From positions 2,957,800 to 3,021,799 of the forward strand of contig CBDFKX010000002.1 in NCBI GenBank assembly GCA_965249055.1: a stretch of 64,000 bases of DNA, in the 5' to 3' direction. Positions within the stretch are counted from its first letter, which is position 1; each line of letters begins with the position of its first letter. The stretch is from Candidatus Aldehydirespiratoraceae bacterium. Its GTDB lineage: Bacteria; Actinomycetota; Acidimicrobiia; Acidimicrobiales; Aldehydirespiratoraceae. The notes below the pieces were generated by a model. That model was not told the DNA's origin and did no database searches. It saw only the letters and a list, made by a program, of their open reading frames with translations. Of the stretch, positions 34,232 to 45,685 are shown one piece after another. A program made the position numbers and the translations under genes.

Positions 34232-35146
34232 TTAGTCATGTGCCGCGCCTACGAGGTCACTTGAGTGCGTCACGTCGTGGCGATCGCACCATTGTTCAAA
34301 TTCTCCGAGGATCTGTCGCGGCGCTCGAGGATCGGCGAATGTGGCTGTGCCAACCTGAACCGCGCAAGCACCCGCAAGCAGGTACTCCACCACATCAATT
34401 CCGCTGGTAACGCCACCGACTCCAACGATCGGCAACGCAGACATTGCCTCGTGGACGTCGTAGACAGCTCTAACTGCTACCGGACGCATGGCCGCTCCCG
34501 AGAGTCCACCTCGCTTCGCTCCCAGTACTGGACGGCGGGTCTCGGGATTGATCACCATCGCCAGCAGAGTATTGGTCAAAACTACAGCCTCTGCGCCGGC
34601 GGCATGGGCGGCCGCGGCGATTTCTGCAATGTCGGGGGCGTTGGGGCTGAGCTTGGCCCAGCGGGGCCGACCGCAGCCTGCGGTGGCTGCAATGGCGTCA
34701 GAGGTCGCCCTAGCGCTATGGGCGAACATGCGACTGCGGTCTTCGAGGTTGGGGCATGACACGTTGACTTCCAGCGCCACCACACAGGAAGGTGCTTGCG
34801 CCAGAGCATCAGCGGCCTGCCGGTATTCGTCGATGGTGTTGCCCCAGATGCTGGCCACAATGGTTGCACCGGTGGCCTCCAAGGGTGGCAGTTCATGTTC
34901 GAGCCAGTGCTTTGCCCCTAAGCCTTGGAGTCCGACACTGTTGATCATGCCGGCGGGGGTCGGGTGTACACGAGGTGCGGGATTGCCTTCCCACGGCGTG
35001 GCTTTCATCGACTTGACCACTACTGCGCCTAGTTCCGCGGGACGCAGGTATCGAGCGAACTCTGCACCATACCCAACCGTGCCTGAAGCGGTCAGAACCG
35101 GAGCTTTCAGCTTCACCGAGCCCACAGACGTCGAAAGATCGATCAC
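34232..35146 (-). CDS. pyrD: dihydroorotate dehydrogenase (class 1 type catalytic subunit)
   Basis: 304 aa, PVLTASGTVGYG, EVNVSCPN and GGLSGAAMRPVA. It is the last gene of the pyr operon. Confidence 0.85.
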   Translation of the reverse strand: MIDLSTSVGSVKLKAPVLTASGTVGYGAEFARYLRPAELGAVVVKSMKATPWEGNPAPRVHPTPAGMINSVGLQGLGAKHWLEHELPPLEATGATIVASIWGNTIDEYRQAADALAQAPSCVVALEVNVSCPNLEDRSRMFAHSARATSDAIAATAGCGRPRWAKLSPNAPDIAEIAAAAHAAGAEAVVLTNTLLAMVINPETRRPVLGAKRGGLSGAAMRPVAVRAVYDVHEAMSALPIVGVGGVTSGIDVVEYLLAGACAVQVGTATFADPRAPRQILGEFEQWCDRHDVTHSSDLVGAAHD

Positions 35147-35149
35147 TGC

Positions 35150-38100
35150 TCAGTCACCGCTTGGCCATTCGAAACCACCAACCGCACCCGGATATCCGCC
35201 TCGCTGGTGATACTCCTGAAGACTCCGAACCCGCAACGGGTACCGAGCCCAGTCTCGCAACCCTTCAACCGCAGCCATCGCTGCGGCTGCGGTGGTCAGC
35301 AGCGGCACGTTAGCCAGTCCCGCAGCAGTGCGAATGTGCGCTCCGTCAGCGCGGGGGCGGCGGCCCCTCGGAGAATTGACGACCAGTTGCACATCACCGC
35401 GTTCGATCAACTCAACCGCGTGGACTCCGCCACTTTCACCAAGTTTGGAGACGATGGTGTCTACGGTAACCCCAACGGCTTGCAGCATTGCTGCGGTGCC
35501 GCTGGTGGCAACAATCGAAAATCCAAGATCTCGAAAACCGCGTCCTACAGCAGCACCGAGGGTCTTGTCGCGGTCCGCTAGCGACATGAACACCGTGACA
35601 TCTTCTGGTCCAGCTTCTGGAAGTCGGGTACCGGCCGACAGTTGTGATTTCATGAACGCCAATCCTGGGGTCAGATCAATCCCCATCACCTCACCGGTGG
35701 AACGCATTTCTGGCCCGAGCACCGCGTCGGCTTCAGGGAACCGATCGAACGGCAGCACCGCTTCCTTCACCGCCACATGTTCAGAGTTCCCCCGCTCTGT
35801 CAGCAGACCTTCGGCGCGAAGTTCTTCCAGCGTGGCGCCGAGCATTACTCGGCTGGCCACTTTGGCGAGCGGAACACCGGTTGCTTTGGCGACGAATGGC
35901 ACCGTTCTCGAAGCTCGCGGGTTCGCCTCGATCACAAAGACCTGGTTCGCCTTCACCGCGTACTGAACGTTGATCAGTCCCCTGACGTCTAGGGCCGCGG
36001 CAATCCTGGCGGTGTAGCTCTCGATCAGTTCGACAGTGGGGGCGGTGAGATTCGTCGGTGGAATCGAACAAGCTGAGTCTCCGCTGTGCACACCGGCTTC
36101 CTCGACGTGCTCCATTACTGCGCCAATGACGAAATCGCCGAGGTGATCTCGTATCGCATCCACATCAACCTCGGTGGCATCTTCGAGGAAACGATCGATT
36201 AGGACCGGGCGTTGCGCGGACAGTCCTCCCTCACGCCCGAGAGATCCAAAACCTGCTAGTTCGTCCATCGCTCTGCGGAGGTTTTCGTCGTCGTAGACGA
36301 TTTCCATGGCCCGTCCGCCGAGCACATATGACGGGCGCACCAGCGCCGGGTAGCCAATACGGGAGGTGATCTCGAGAGCTTCTTCAGTGTTTTTGGCTGT
36401 TCCACCAGCGGGCTGGGGGATTTCAAGCCGGGCACAGAGTGCGTTCCACTGCTCTCGATCTTCTGCTGCGTCAATAGCGCTTGGCGATGTGCCCAAAATG
36501 AGTTCTGCAGGCAGTTGATCGGCGAGCTTCAGAGGCGTTTGTCCCCCCAAAGACACTATGACGCCGAGCGGTTTCTCGCTCTCAATGATGTTCATCACAT
36601 CCTCATAGGTGAGAGGCTCAAAATAGAGGCGGTCCGAGGTGTCGTAGTCGGTGGAGACCGTTTCGGGGTTGCAGTTGACCATTACCGTCTCAAATCCGGC
36701 ATCTCTGAGAGCAAAGCTGGCATGCACACAGCAGTAGTCGAACTCGATGCCTTGACCGATGCGGTTTGGTCCCGAACCCAAGATGATGACCCGTTCACGC
36801 TCACCGGGCCGAACCTCATCGGTGTCTTCGTAGGTCGAATAGTGATAAGGGGTTTCGGCGTCGAACTCCGCAGCGCAAGTATCGACCGTTTTGAACGTCG
36901 TTTTGACGCCAACAGCCAACCGTCGTTCACGCACTTGCGCCTCTGTGGTACTCCACAGATAGGCGAGTTGACAGTCGGAGAAGCCGAGTTGCTTGGCGCG
37001 TTTGAGATCCCGCCTGTCAATGTCGTCGAGCGTACGAGTGGCGAGGTAGGCCCGCTCCTCGGTAATCAACAGCATCTGGTCAAGGAACCAGAGATCAACG
37101 GCCGTCGCTTCATAGATTTTCTCTACCGAAGTTCCTCGCCGAAGCAGGGCTTCCAACTGAAACGGACGGTCGGGTGTGGCCACCGACGCGGCAGCCAGCA
37201 GTGCTTGGTCGTCAAGTTGGTCGAACGCTGCTTCTCCTGGGTCGCAGTTGAGGCCGTAGCGTCCTTGTTCGAGTGAGCGCAGCGCCTTTTGTAACGACTC
37301 TGGAAAAGTCCTGCCAATGGCCATCACCTCGCCAACGCTTTGCATCGAAGTCCCCAAGATTCCCGATGTACCCGGGAACTTCTCGAATGCCCAGCGCGGC
37401 ACCTTCGTAACCACATAGTCGATTGAAGGCTCAAAGGAGGCCGGCGTTTTTTTGGTGATGTCGTTGGGTATCTCGTCGAGGGCGTAACCCACGGCAAGTT
37501 TTGCTGCGATCTTGGCTATCGGGAACCCGGTTGCTTTCGAGGCCAACGCTGATGAGCGGCTCACACGCGGGTTCATCTCGATGATGACTTGCCGACCAGT
37601 GTCGGGGTGGACCGCCCATTGCACATTGGACCCTCCTGTCTCGACCCCGACCCGGCGGATACACGCAAACGATCCGTCGCGAAGTTTCTGGTACTCGACA
37701 TCGGTGAGGGTCTGGGTCGGTGCCACAGTTATCGAATCACCGGTGTGCACACCCATGGGATCGAAGTTTTCGATGGCACACACCACCACGCAGTTGTCGT
37801 GGCGGTCGCGCATGACTTCCAGTTCGTATTCTTTCCAACCCGCTATCGACTCTTCAATCAGAATCTCTGAGATTGGGCTGCACTCGAGGCCGTAGCTGGC
37901 TATTTTCTCAAACTCTTGGCGTGTCGAAGCGATCCCGGTACCCCGGCCACCGAGGATGTACGCGGGGCGGACAATGACAGGTAGGCCGACTTCGTCGACC
38001 ACTTCACGCGCTTTTTCCATGTCGTGGGCGATCCCGGAACGGGCGACTTCCAACCCAATTTCGGTCATTGCCAGCTTGAAAAGGTCTCGGTCTTCGGCTG

Positions 38101-38491
38101 TGGCGATTGCGGTTGCATCTGCGCCGATCAGTTCAACGTTGTGCTCTCCCAGCACGCCTTCCCGTTCGAGTTCCATCGCCAGGTTCAACCCGGTTTGTCC
38201 ACCCAGTGTCGGTAGCAGAGCCATGGTTTTGTCAGGGTTGTCGCGTTTTTCTTTTTCGATGATCTTGGCGAGGAACGCTGAATCAAGGGGTTCAATGTAG
38301 GTGGCGTCGGCGAAATCGGGATCGGTCATGATCGTCGCCGGGTTCGAGTTGGCCAGGATGACGCGGTAGCCCTCCTCTTTGAGTGCTCGGCACGCTTGTG
38401 TCCCGGAGTAGTCGAACTCACAAGCCTGTCCAATGACGATTGGGCCAGAACCGATGATCAGGATTGATTCGATGTCGTCTCTGCGCGGCAC
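35150..38491 (-). CDS. carB: carbamoyl-phosphate synthase large subunit
   Basis: 1113 aa with duplicated ATP-grasp halves. GTG start overlaps the carA stop by 1 nt. Confidence 0.95.
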   Translation of the reverse strand: MPRRDDIESILIIGSGPIVIGQACEFDYSGTQACRALKEEGYRVILANSNPATIMTDPDFADATYIEPLDSAFLAKIIEKEKRDNPDKTMALLPTLGGQTGLNLAMELEREGVLGEHNVELIGADATAIATAEDRDLFKLAMTEIGLEVARSGIAHDMEKAREVVDEVGLPVIVRPAYILGGRGTGIASTRQEFEKIASYGLECSPISEILIEESIAGWKEYELEVMRDRHDNCVVVCAIENFDPMGVHTGDSITVAPTQTLTDVEYQKLRDGSFACIRRVGVETGGSNVQWAVHPDTGRQVIIEMNPRVSRSSALASKATGFPIAKIAAKLAVGYALDEIPNDITKKTPASFEPSIDYVVTKVPRWAFEKFPGTSGILGTSMQSVGEVMAIGRTFPESLQKALRSLEQGRYGLNCDPGEAAFDQLDDQALLAAASVATPDRPFQLEALLRRGTSVEKIYEATAVDLWFLDQMLLITEERAYLATRTLDDIDRRDLKRAKQLGFSDCQLAYLWSTTEAQVRERRLAVGVKTTFKTVDTCAAEFDAETPYHYSTYEDTDEVRPGERERVIILGSGPNRIGQGIEFDYCCVHASFALRDAGFETVMVNCNPETVSTDYDTSDRLYFEPLTYEDVMNIIESEKPLGVIVSLGGQTPLKLADQLPAELILGTSPSAIDAAEDREQWNALCARLEIPQPAGGTAKNTEEALEITSRIGYPALVRPSYVLGGRAMEIVYDDENLRRAMDELAGFGSLGREGGLSAQRPVLIDRFLEDATEVDVDAIRDHLGDFVIGAVMEHVEEAGVHSGDSACSIPPTNLTAPTVELIESYTARIAAALDVRGLINVQYAVKANQVFVIEANPRASRTVPFVAKATGVPLAKVASRVMLGATLEELRAEGLLTERGNSEHVAVKEAVLPFDRFPEADAVLGPEMRSTGEVMGIDLTPGLAFMKSQLSAGTRLPEAGPEDVTVFMSLADRDKTLGAAVGRGFRDLGFSIVATSGTAAMLQAVGVTVDTIVSKLGESGGVHAVELIERGDVQLVVNSPRGRRPRADGAHIRTAAGLANVPLLTTAAAAMAAVEGLRDWARYPLRVRSLQEYHQRGGYPGAVGGFEWPSGD

Positions 38492-39591
38492 TAGGCGACC
38501 AAACCTGTTGTGTCCATAAGCTGCGCGAAATCCTTGAACAGGTAGCGGCTGTCGTGGGGACCCGGCCCGGCTTCAGGGTGGTACTGCACGCTGAACACCG
38601 GAAGGTCTTTGTGGAACATCCCTTCGAGAGAGCCATCGTTTAGGCACACATGCGTTTCAACGACATTGGAAACCGATCCGATCTCCACCGCGAAGTTGTG
38701 GTTTTGGCTGGTGATCTCAACTTTGCCGCTACGAACATCTTTCACCGGCACGTTGCCGCCGTGGTGCCCGAACTTCATCTTGAAGGTGTTGCCACCAAGG
38801 GCCAACGACAGCACTTGGTGTCCGAGGCAAATCCCGAAGATCGGCACACGTCCAAGCAGCTTCGGGAGTTCGTTGACAATCGATCCAGCCATTTGTGGAT
38901 CACCGGGACCGTTGGACAAGAAGACGCCGTCGGGTGAGGCGGCCAGCACATCTGTGGCAGGGGTGTCTGCGGGCACGACCGTGACCGTTGCCAACTCCGA
39001 CAGATGACGCAGCATTGTGGACTTGATCCCGAGGTCATAGGCGATAACCCGGCGCTTGCCGCTCCCGACCGTGTATGGCTCTTTGGTGGACACCACTCGC
39101 ACAAGGTCAACCCCACTCGTTGTGGGGTCTGCGATGGCCGCGGCCCGCAGTTTCTCTTCGTCGGCTGAACCGAATGCTGCCGGCATAGCTCCGAAGTCGC
39201 GAATATGACGGGTGAGGCGACGAGTGTCCACGCCCGCGATACCAGCCAGGTTGTGGGTACGCAAGAAAGTGTCAAGATCACCTTGTGAGCGCCAATTGCT
39301 GTGTCGACGGGCAAGGTCGCGGATGATGACACCCTCACAAAACGGCCTGTGTGCTTCGTTGTCTGTGGGATTCACCCCGTAGTTGCCGATGTGTGGGTAG
39401 GTGAACGTAATGATCTGTCCCGCATACGACGGATCGGTAATCACCTCTTGGTAGCCGGACAGAACCGTGTTGAACACGACCTCGCCCGACGCAACACCAT
39501 CGACTGGATCAGCGCCTATACCTTCGCCTTCAAAGACTTCACCGTCAGCCAACACCAGCCGATAGGCGCGAATCGAACGAGAACCGCTCAT
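38491..39591 (-). CDS. carA: carbamoyl-phosphate synthase small subunit (glutamine amidotransferase)
   Basis: GICLGHQ catalytic Cys block and HHGGN. Confidence 0.95.
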   Translation of the reverse strand: MSGSRSIRAYRLVLADGEVFEGEGIGADPVDGVASGEVVFNTVLSGYQEVITDPSYAGQIITFTYPHIGNYGVNPTDNEAHRPFCEGVIIRDLARRHSNWRSQGDLDTFLRTHNLAGIAGVDTRRLTRHIRDFGAMPAAFGSADEEKLRAAAIADPTTSGVDLVRVVSTKEPYTVGSGKRRVIAYDLGIKSTMLRHLSELATVTVVPADTPATDVLAASPDGVFLSNGPGDPQMAGSIVNELPKLLGRVPIFGICLGHQVLSLALGGNTFKMKFGHHGGNVPVKDVRSGKVEITSQNHNFAVEIGSVSNVVETHVCLNDGSLEGMFHKDLPVFSVQYHPEAGPGPHDSRYLFKDFAQLMDTTGLVA

Positions 39592-40886
39592 CGTTGCGCG
39601 ACACCGTCGATTACCACGGCCTCCCCTTGGTAGATGGTGTGACGCACTCTCCCCCGTAGCGCCATTCCCTCATAGGGCGTGTTGGAGCTACGGCTCGCCA
39701 TCGCCGCTGCTGAAACTGTCCAAGCCGCGTTGGGGTCGATCACCGTGAGGTTGGCCACGGAACCTGCTTTGATTGGTCTGCCATGGGTTTCGCTCAGGCC
39801 GGCAATGGCCGCGGGGCGCCAAGACATCGCCCTGAGCAGCGACTCAATCGGCATATTGAGATGCGTGTTGGCCAGCGCGAAGGCAGTCTCAAGTCCGAGC
39901 ATTCCTGGGGACGCGTCGGCGAACGTCTGTTGCTTCGACTTGGGCGTGTGAGGGGCATGGTCAGTAGCGATGGCGTCGATTGTGCCATCGGCGAGACCAG
40001 CTTTCACCGCTTCCACATCCGCGTCGGTGCGCAGCGGTGGATGCACCTTGTAGACCGGGTCGTAACTCTGACAACAAGCCTCGGTCAGGCAAAAGTGGTG
40101 AGTCGCAGCCTCAGCTGTGACTGGCAGCCCTGCGGCTTTGGCCGCTCGGATCATGGAAACCGAACCGGCGGTCGACATGTGCTGGAAATGGACCCGTGCA
40201 CCGGTGAGACGGCAAAGCGCGATATCTCTCATCACCATCAACTCTTCTGCTTCGGATGGTTGACCGGGGATTCCCAGCCAGCTCGACCACTTTCCCTCAT
40301 GCATGAAACCGCCCTTGCTGAGAGATTCGACTTCGCAGTGCTGTGCCAACACGATGGCTTCACCACCGCACAAGTGCTCTAGTGAACTGGCGTATTCCAA
40401 AGCAGTGCGCATCAGTTTGTCGTCCTGCACTCCGTTGCCGTCGTCTGTGAAAATCCGAACTCCTGCACGCACGAGTTCGGCCATGGGTGCCAGCGCTTCG
40501 CCTCGGCGTCCCACCGAAATTGCCGCTGAGGGAACCACCTCGCAAATCGCCGTCTCGCCAAGAGCCCGTACTTCGCTGATCACCGAAACACAATCCATGG
40601 CCGGGTCGGTGTTGGGCATAGCCACCACCGCGGTAAATCCGCCCAAAGCTGCCGCGCGGGCACCGGTGTCGATGGTTTCGGCTTCCTCGTTTCCGGGTTG
40701 ACGGAGATGAACGTGAAGATCGACAAATCCTGGTGAGACAACACAGTCACTGGCATCAAGGGAACGATCGGCGGTGAGTCCCGAATCAACGGCGAGAATT
40801 GTGCCCTCATCACCGATCACCACATCGGCACGTCGAGAGCCTTGCGGGTCAATCACTGTTCCGCCGCGAATGGCCAGGGTGCTCAT
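39588..40886 (-). CDS. pyrC: dihydroorotase
   Basis: FVDLHVHLRQPG and ATDHAPH motifs, 432 aa. Confidence 0.9.
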   Translation of the reverse strand: MSTLAIRGGTVIDPQGSRRADVVIGDEGTILAVDSGLTADRSLDASDCVVSPGFVDLHVHLRQPGNEEAETIDTGARAAALGGFTAVVAMPNTDPAMDCVSVISEVRALGETAICEVVPSAAISVGRRGEALAPMAELVRAGVRIFTDDGNGVQDDKLMRTALEYASSLEHLCGGEAIVLAQHCEVESLSKGGFMHEGKWSSWLGIPGQPSEAEELMVMRDIALCRLTGARVHFQHMSTAGSVSMIRAAKAAGLPVTAEAATHHFCLTEACCQSYDPVYKVHPPLRTDADVEAVKAGLADGTIDAIATDHAPHTPKSKQQTFADASPGMLGLETAFALANTHLNMPIESLLRAMSWRPAAIAGLSETHGRPIKAGSVANLTVIDPNAAWTVSAAAMASRSSNTPYEGMALRGRVRHTIYQGEAVVIDGVAQR

Positions 40887-41851
40887 GCCACCGCACTCTC
40901 GGAGTCGACAAGACTGCCTTCTTCGACGAGATCAAGTCTCGAACCGATCAGCACGAACAGCACTGCCATGCGCACGGCAACACCGTTTGCGACCTGCTCG
41001 GTAATGACGGCATTGGGGCGGTCAGCAACGTCGCCAGCGATTTCAACGTCTCGGTTCATCGGGCCGGGATGCATGATTAACGCATCGTCTTTGAGCCGGT
41101 CTGCACGGGCCGCGGTCAGCCCGAACTCGTGGTGAAACTCTCGCAGCGTGGGCACCGCGGCATCATGCTGGCGTTCGAGTTGCATGCGCAGCAGATAACA
41201 GATATCAACCTCGTCAACTACTTCGTCGAGGTTATGGGTAACGCCGACCGGCCAGCCTTCAAGACTTGCCGGCAGCAGCGTTCGCGGGGCAACGAAGATT
41301 ACTTCTGCACCCATTTTGGTGAACCCGATGGCGTTGGATCGAGCAACTCGCGAGTTCTTGATGTCGCCCACGATGGCGACACGCTTACCGTCGAGTTCTC
41401 CTAGATGTTGACGCGCCGTGAACAGATCGGCCAGAGACTGGGTGGGGTGTTGGTTGCGGCCGTCACCCCCGTTGATCACTGAGGCATCGGTCCATTCGCA
41501 GACACGCCAAGGGGCACCCGCGCCAAAGTGACGCAGCACGACGCCATGGACACCCATTGCGGAAATGGTCTCGATCGTGTCGCGCAATGACTCGCCCTTG
41601 CTGACCGAAGAACGCTTGACATCGAACCCTAAGGTGTCCGCGGAGAGTCGACTAGCAGCGGTAGCGAAGCTGATTCGGGTGCGCGTGGAATCCTCGTAGA
41701 AGACCAGGGCCACGGTCTTGCCTCGAAGCGCGGGGATACGCGGGATCTTCCGTTCGCTTACTTCGACGTATCGTTCCGTGAGGTCGAGCAGGTAATCGAT
41801 ATCGTCGCGGTCGAGGTCGTCCATCGACAGCAGATGCCGCAGGGCTTTCAC
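40883..41851 (-). CDS. pyrB: aspartate carbamoyltransferase catalytic subunit
   Basis: EDSTRTRISF, HPTQSLAD and HPGP motifs. Confidence 0.95.
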   Translation of the reverse strand: MKALRHLLSMDDLDRDDIDYLLDLTERYVEVSERKIPRIPALRGKTVALVFYEDSTRTRISFATAASRLSADTLGFDVKRSSVSKGESLRDTIETISAMGVHGVVLRHFGAGAPWRVCEWTDASVINGGDGRNQHPTQSLADLFTARQHLGELDGKRVAIVGDIKNSRVARSNAIGFTKMGAEVIFVAPRTLLPASLEGWPVGVTHNLDEVVDEVDICYLLRMQLERQHDAAVPTLREFHHEFGLTAARADRLKDDALIMHPGPMNRDVEIAGDVADRPNAVITEQVANGVAVRMAVLFVLIGSRLDLVEEGSLVDSESAVA

Positions 41852-42414
41852 GAGATCTCCCCCAGGTCAACACCGCCGCTGTTGACATCGACCATTTCAG
41901 CTCGGCGGGTCGGCAGGTTCTTGCCGACGAAGTCGGGGCGGATCGGAAGTTCGCGGTGGCCGCGATCAACCATCACCGCGAGCTGAATCGCTTTTGGTCG
42001 TCCATAACTGTGAATCGCGTCGAGTGCAGCACGCACCGTGCGCCCCGTGTAGAGGACATCATCGACCAACACGATGATCTTGCCGGTTGGGTCGACTGGG
42101 ATCACGGTGGCCGCTTCGGACATGATCGGGCGGAGATCAAAATCGTCGCGGTGCATGGTGGCGTCGAGACTCCCGACCGCGACATCGGTTCCTTCGATTT
42201 GACTGATGTCGTTCACTAGGCGCTCGGCGAGGCTGACTCCGCCTGTTTGCAAACCGACTATCACGACATCCACGCAACCCGAGTTGCGTTCGAGAATCTC
42301 GTGAGCCATGCGCCGAATCGCTCGGGTTACATCCGACGCTGTCATTACTTGCGTCCGGGCCTGGAAAACACCGCCCGAGGGTGTGCCAGCCAATCGCCGT
42401 TCTCGCTCTGCCAC
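41848..42414 (-). CDS. pyrR: bifunctional pyr operon regulator / uracil phosphoribosyltransferase
   Basis: PRPP motif VLVDDVLYTGRTVRAALD. I prefer the GTG start at 42412-42414, 6 nt after GGGAG; the track uses the TTG at 42417. Confidence 0.9.
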   Translation of the reverse strand: MAERERRLAGTPSGGVFQARTQVMTASDVTRAIRRMAHEILERNSGCVDVVIVGLQTGGVSLAERLVNDISQIEGTDVAVGSLDATMHRDDFDLRPIMSEAATVIPVDPTGKIIVLVDDVLYTGRTVRAALDAIHSYGRPKAIQLAVMVDRGHRELPIRPDFVGKNLPTRRAEMVDVNSGGVDLGEIS

Positions 42415-42420
42415 CAAATT

Positions 42421-42449
42421 CTCCCGTCCATTCGAGCCTCACTGGACTC
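42421..42449 (-). promoter_or_regulatory. PyrR-binding RNA hairpin abutting the pyrR ribosome-binding site
   Basis: The minus strand reads GAGUCCAGUGAGGCUCGAAUGGACGGGAG. AGUCCAGUGAGGCU fits the PyrR box consensus ARUCCAGAGAGGYU. A GUCCA/UGGAC stem is followed directly by the GGGAG Shine-Dalgarno. Confidence 0.6.
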
Positions 42450-42523
42450 GTTTCATGGTCGAAACCCGAAGGTATCACGCGCGTACGCTTACTCCACGGC
42501 ACCCACCTGTGGATTTCCCGGTT

Positions 42524-43063
42524 TTACTTCGGCTGTGCCCCGCTGGCGCGGCGCACAAAAACGGCTGGGGTTGAGTCGCGGGCCGGGCGCAGAAGATCGA
42601 AACCGCAACGAGTGGCCAGCTCTTGGGACTTGACGTTGTTCATCTTGATTTCAGCGAGAACCGCGTTCAGCGGACCATCCAACGCCCAAGTGGCTAAAAG
42701 GTTCACAGCTCGAGTGGCGATACCTCTACCCCGCGCCGGAGCCGACAACCACCAACTGATCAAGGACGCGCGCCTTGATTTGTCGAACCTGTACAGACCC
42801 ACCTCACCAAGCAGTAAATCGCTTGAGGCATCCGCAACAACCAGATCCACCGCTACGCCGGCACGCCGACGGACATCGGTTCTCGATATCCACTTGCGGG
42901 CATCTCGCAGCGAACGGTCTTCGGGCCCGACCGAGTCGCTTAAGATCGCGGGGTCCGTCCAGGCCTTTTCCAACTCGGGGGCATCTGCGAGTTGCCACGG
43001 TCGCAGGCGAATCAACTCGCATTTCAGGTCCGGTACCTCAAGCACGATCGCCCGCTCGCTCAC
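42524..43063 (-). CDS. GNAT family N-acetyltransferase (RimJ/RimL-like)
   Basis: 179 aa, LRPWQLADAPEL...WLSAPARGRGIATRAV...NNVKSQELATRCGF. Confidence 0.75.
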   Translation of the reverse strand: MSERAIVLEVPDLKCELIRLRPWQLADAPELEKAWTDPAILSDSVGPEDRSLRDARKWISRTDVRRRAGVAVDLVVADASSDLLLGEVGLYRFDKSRRASLISWWLSAPARGRGIATRAVNLLATWALDGPLNAVLAEIKMNNVKSQELATRCGFDLLRPARDSTPAVFVRRASGAQPK

Positions 43064-43096
43064 TGCTCTGGCCTCATCTCGGTGGTCTGGAGGTGC

Positions 43097-43519
43097 TCAT
43101 TGTTCCTCCGCTCCTCGAGCTTCGGTGGCGATGGCACGCAGCACGCCGTTGAGGAAGCGGGGTGATTCCTCGCCGGAGTATTGCGAGGCGAGTTCCACTG
43201 CCTCGCTCAGCACTACGCCGGTTGGTACGTCTTTGCGTTCAAACAACTCCCAGGTCGCCATGCGGGCAAGCACACGATCAACCACTGCTAGTCGATCAAC
43301 GGTCCAACCCATCAGGTGAGCACCTATCCGCTCGTCGAACTCGAAGACCTGACTGGTAACACCCTCGATCATTTGCAGGGCATAGTCCTCCGGTGGCAAA
43401 GGTTTGGCTTTCAAGGCTGCTTGCAGCGAATCACCGGTGACTTCCATCTCATAGAGGAAACCCAGGGCTTCTTCTCGGGCCTCCCGACGACCACCGATGC
43501 TTGAGGGAAGGTCGTTCAC
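43097..43519 (-). CDS. nusB: transcription antitermination factor NusB
   Basis: 140 aa, RREAREEALGFLYEME...VDRVLARMATWEL...EAVELASQYSGEESPRFLNGVL. Confidence 0.9.
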   Translation of the reverse strand: MNDLPSSIGGRREAREEALGFLYEMEVTGDSLQAALKAKPLPPEDYALQMIEGVTSQVFEFDERIGAHLMGWTVDRLAVVDRVLARMATWELFERKDVPTGVVLSEAVELASQYSGEESPRFLNGVLRAIATEARGAEEQ

Positions 43520-44079
43520 GCGCGACTGAGGTATTGACCCGAACGGGTGTCGATCTTGACCCGTTCGCCGGTCTCGATGAATAGCGGAACCTGAATCACC
43601 AACCCGGTCTCCAAGGTGGCCGGTTTGGTGCCGCCGGACGAACGGTCACCCTGCAAACCTGGTTCAGTTGCTGCCACGCTCAGCTCGACAGCCGCGGCCA
43701 TGTCGGTACCGATGATTTCAGTTCCGAACATCAACAGGATGGCGGTAGATCCATCGACAATGAAATTTGTGGTGTCGCCGAGCGTGGCGGGGGCAACGTT
43801 GATCTGCTCGTAGGACTCATTGTCCATAAAGACGTAGTCCTCGCCGTCTCGGTAGAGAAACTGCATCTCGCGCTTGTCGATGTTGGCCCGTTCGACCTTC
43901 TCGCCGGCCCGAAAGGTACGTTCCACAGTCCCCCCGGCGCGCAAGTTGCGGAGATTCGTGCGAACAAAGGCATGACCTTTACCCGGCTTCACATGCTGAA
44001 ATTCGACAATCTGAAAGAGTCCATCGTTGAGATTCAGGGTCATCCCGTTCTTCAGATCGTTGGTTGTGATGACAGGCAC
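43516..44079 (-). CDS. efp: elongation factor P
   Basis: GTG start at 44077-44079, 5 nt after AAGGAG. ITTNDLKNGMTL...HVKPGKGHAFVRTNLRNL. Confidence 0.9.
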   Translation of the reverse strand: MPVITTNDLKNGMTLNLNDGLFQIVEFQHVKPGKGHAFVRTNLRNLRAGGTVERTFRAGEKVERANIDKREMQFLYRDGEDYVFMDNESYEQINVAPATLGDTTNFIVDGSTAILLMFGTEIIGTDMAAAVELSVAATEPGLQGDRSSGGTKPATLETGLVIQVPLFIETGERVKIDTRSGQYLSRA

Positions 44080-45191
44080 ACAAACTCCTTGGGATACTTG
44101 GTCAACGGGCGGCAACCGTCATTGGTGACGACCACCATGTCTTCGACTCGCACACCCCCGTAACCAGAGAGATAGATCCCTGGCTCGACGGTGATTACTT
44201 GGCCCGGCGAAAGGATAGCGGTGTTGCCGTGGCGCACCGCCGGAAGTTCGTGAATGTCGAGACCGACTCCATGGCCAGTTCCGTGTGCGAAGGCATCTCC
44301 GTATCCCTCGCTCGCAATGAAATCCCGGCAGACCCTGTCGATTTCACCCGCCTCAACGCCGGCACGCACCGTCGCCACTCCCTCCGCTTGAGCTCGGGTC
44401 ACGATGTCGTGGATCTCCACCGCCCGATCGTCGGGAGAGCCGACAACAAAGGTACGAGTCATGTCGCTGCGATAGCCCTCAACCAAGGCTCCCGCGTCGA
44501 CCACCACCAGATCACCGTTGGCGAGTCGTCTGGAACTCGCACGGGCATGGGGCAACGCCGCGTTGGGGCCCGAAGCCACGATCGTGTCGTAGGCCGGACC
44601 TTCGGCGCCCGCCGCGCGCATGCCGTCCTCCAACATTTGAGCCAGTTCACGCTCGCTGATGCCCAGAACAAAGCGGTTCTGGCAATCTCTGAGTACCGCG
44701 TCAACGATTTCCGCCGCGGTCTCCATCCGAACCAATTCCGCTTCGTCCTTCACGCTGCGCAACTCCGCGATAAGACCAACGGTCCCTATCAACTCCGCAG
44801 CGAGCGCGTCGACCAAGCGACGCTGATCTGCCCACACGATCCGATCTGCTTCAAGTGCAACTTTTCCGGCGCCGTTCACGCCGGTGACATCGTTGAGGAT
44901 CCTGGCGACGGTGGCGATCCAGGCCGAGTCAATACACACCTCCGTGCCGGAGCCCGCAGCGTCGAGTTGAGCCGGGGCTTGATCGCGATATCTGCTGTCG
45001 GTGATCAACACGCCGCGGTCTCTGCTGATGACGAGCACACCAGCCGAACCTGTGAAGCCGGTGCACCAACGGATGTTGGTCAGGTCCGTGACCACCAACG
45101 CGTCAGCACCTTTCGCCTCCGCCGCGGCCTGTACGCGTTCGCTGCGACCCTGTGCACTCAGCGGCGGCAGATCATGGGGTTGGGCGTTCAC
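44052..45191 (-). CDS. Xaa-Pro aminopeptidase (M24 family)
   Basis: HGTGHGVGLDIHE and GGVRVEDMVVVT metal-ligand blocks. GTG start at 45191, just after the aroQ stop. The upstream part of the track ORF overlaps aroQ. Confidence 0.8.
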   Translation of the reverse strand: MNAQPHDLPPLSAQGRSERVQAAAEAKGADALVVTDLTNIRWCTGFTGSAGVLVISRDRGVLITDSRYRDQAPAQLDAAGSGTEVCIDSAWIATVARILNDVTGVNGAGKVALEADRIVWADQRRLVDALAAELIGTVGLIAELRSVKDEAELVRMETAAEIVDAVLRDCQNRFVLGISERELAQMLEDGMRAAGAEGPAYDTIVASGPNAALPHARASSRRLANGDLVVVDAGALVEGYRSDMTRTFVVGSPDDRAVEIHDIVTRAQAEGVATVRAGVEAGEIDRVCRDFIASEGYGDAFAHGTGHGVGLDIHELPAVRHGNTAILSPGQVITVEPGIYLSGYGGVRVEDMVVVTNDGCRPLTKYPKEFVCLSSQPTI

Positions 45192-45195
45192 AAAC

Positions 45196-45636
45196 TCATG
45201 TTTCCAGCTTTGCTGCGACAGCTTCCATCGCGAGGCGATAACCGTCCGCGCCAAAACCGACGATTGATCCTGTGGCCACCGGGGCGACAACTGAAACGTG
45301 ACGCCACGATTCACGTGCTTTGGGGTTCGACAAATGGAGTTCAACTATGACTCCGGAAAACGCGGCGAGGGCATCGTGAATGGCCCACGATGAGTGTGTG
45401 AGAGCGCCCGGGTTGATCACGATGGCAGCCACCCGATCTCTAGCACCATGGATCGCCTCGATCAGTTCCCCTTCGTGGTTGGACTGAAAGTGCTCGATCT
45501 CCAAGCCGTAGACAGCCGCAGTGGCAGTCGCGTTTGCTACGTGGTCATCGAGGGTCTCGGTACCGTAAACCTCAGGTTCTCGCGTGCCCAACAAATTGAG
45601 ATTGGGTCCCGATAGAAGCAGAACAACAGAACTCAT
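45196..45636 (-). CDS. aroQ: type II 3-dehydroquinate dehydratase
   Basis: LLLSGPNLNLLGTREPEVYG...INPGALTHSS...ELHLSN. Confidence 0.9.
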   Translation of the reverse strand: MSSVVLLLSGPNLNLLGTREPEVYGTETLDDHVANATATAAVYGLEIEHFQSNHEGELIEAIHGARDRVAAIVINPGALTHSSWAIHDALAAFSGVIVELHLSNPKARESWRHVSVVAPVATGSIVGFGADGYRLAMEAVAAKLET

Positions 45637-45685
45637 GGATGGTCTCCAGTCCTCGCGCCCAACTCGATTGCTGAATCAGACCCGG

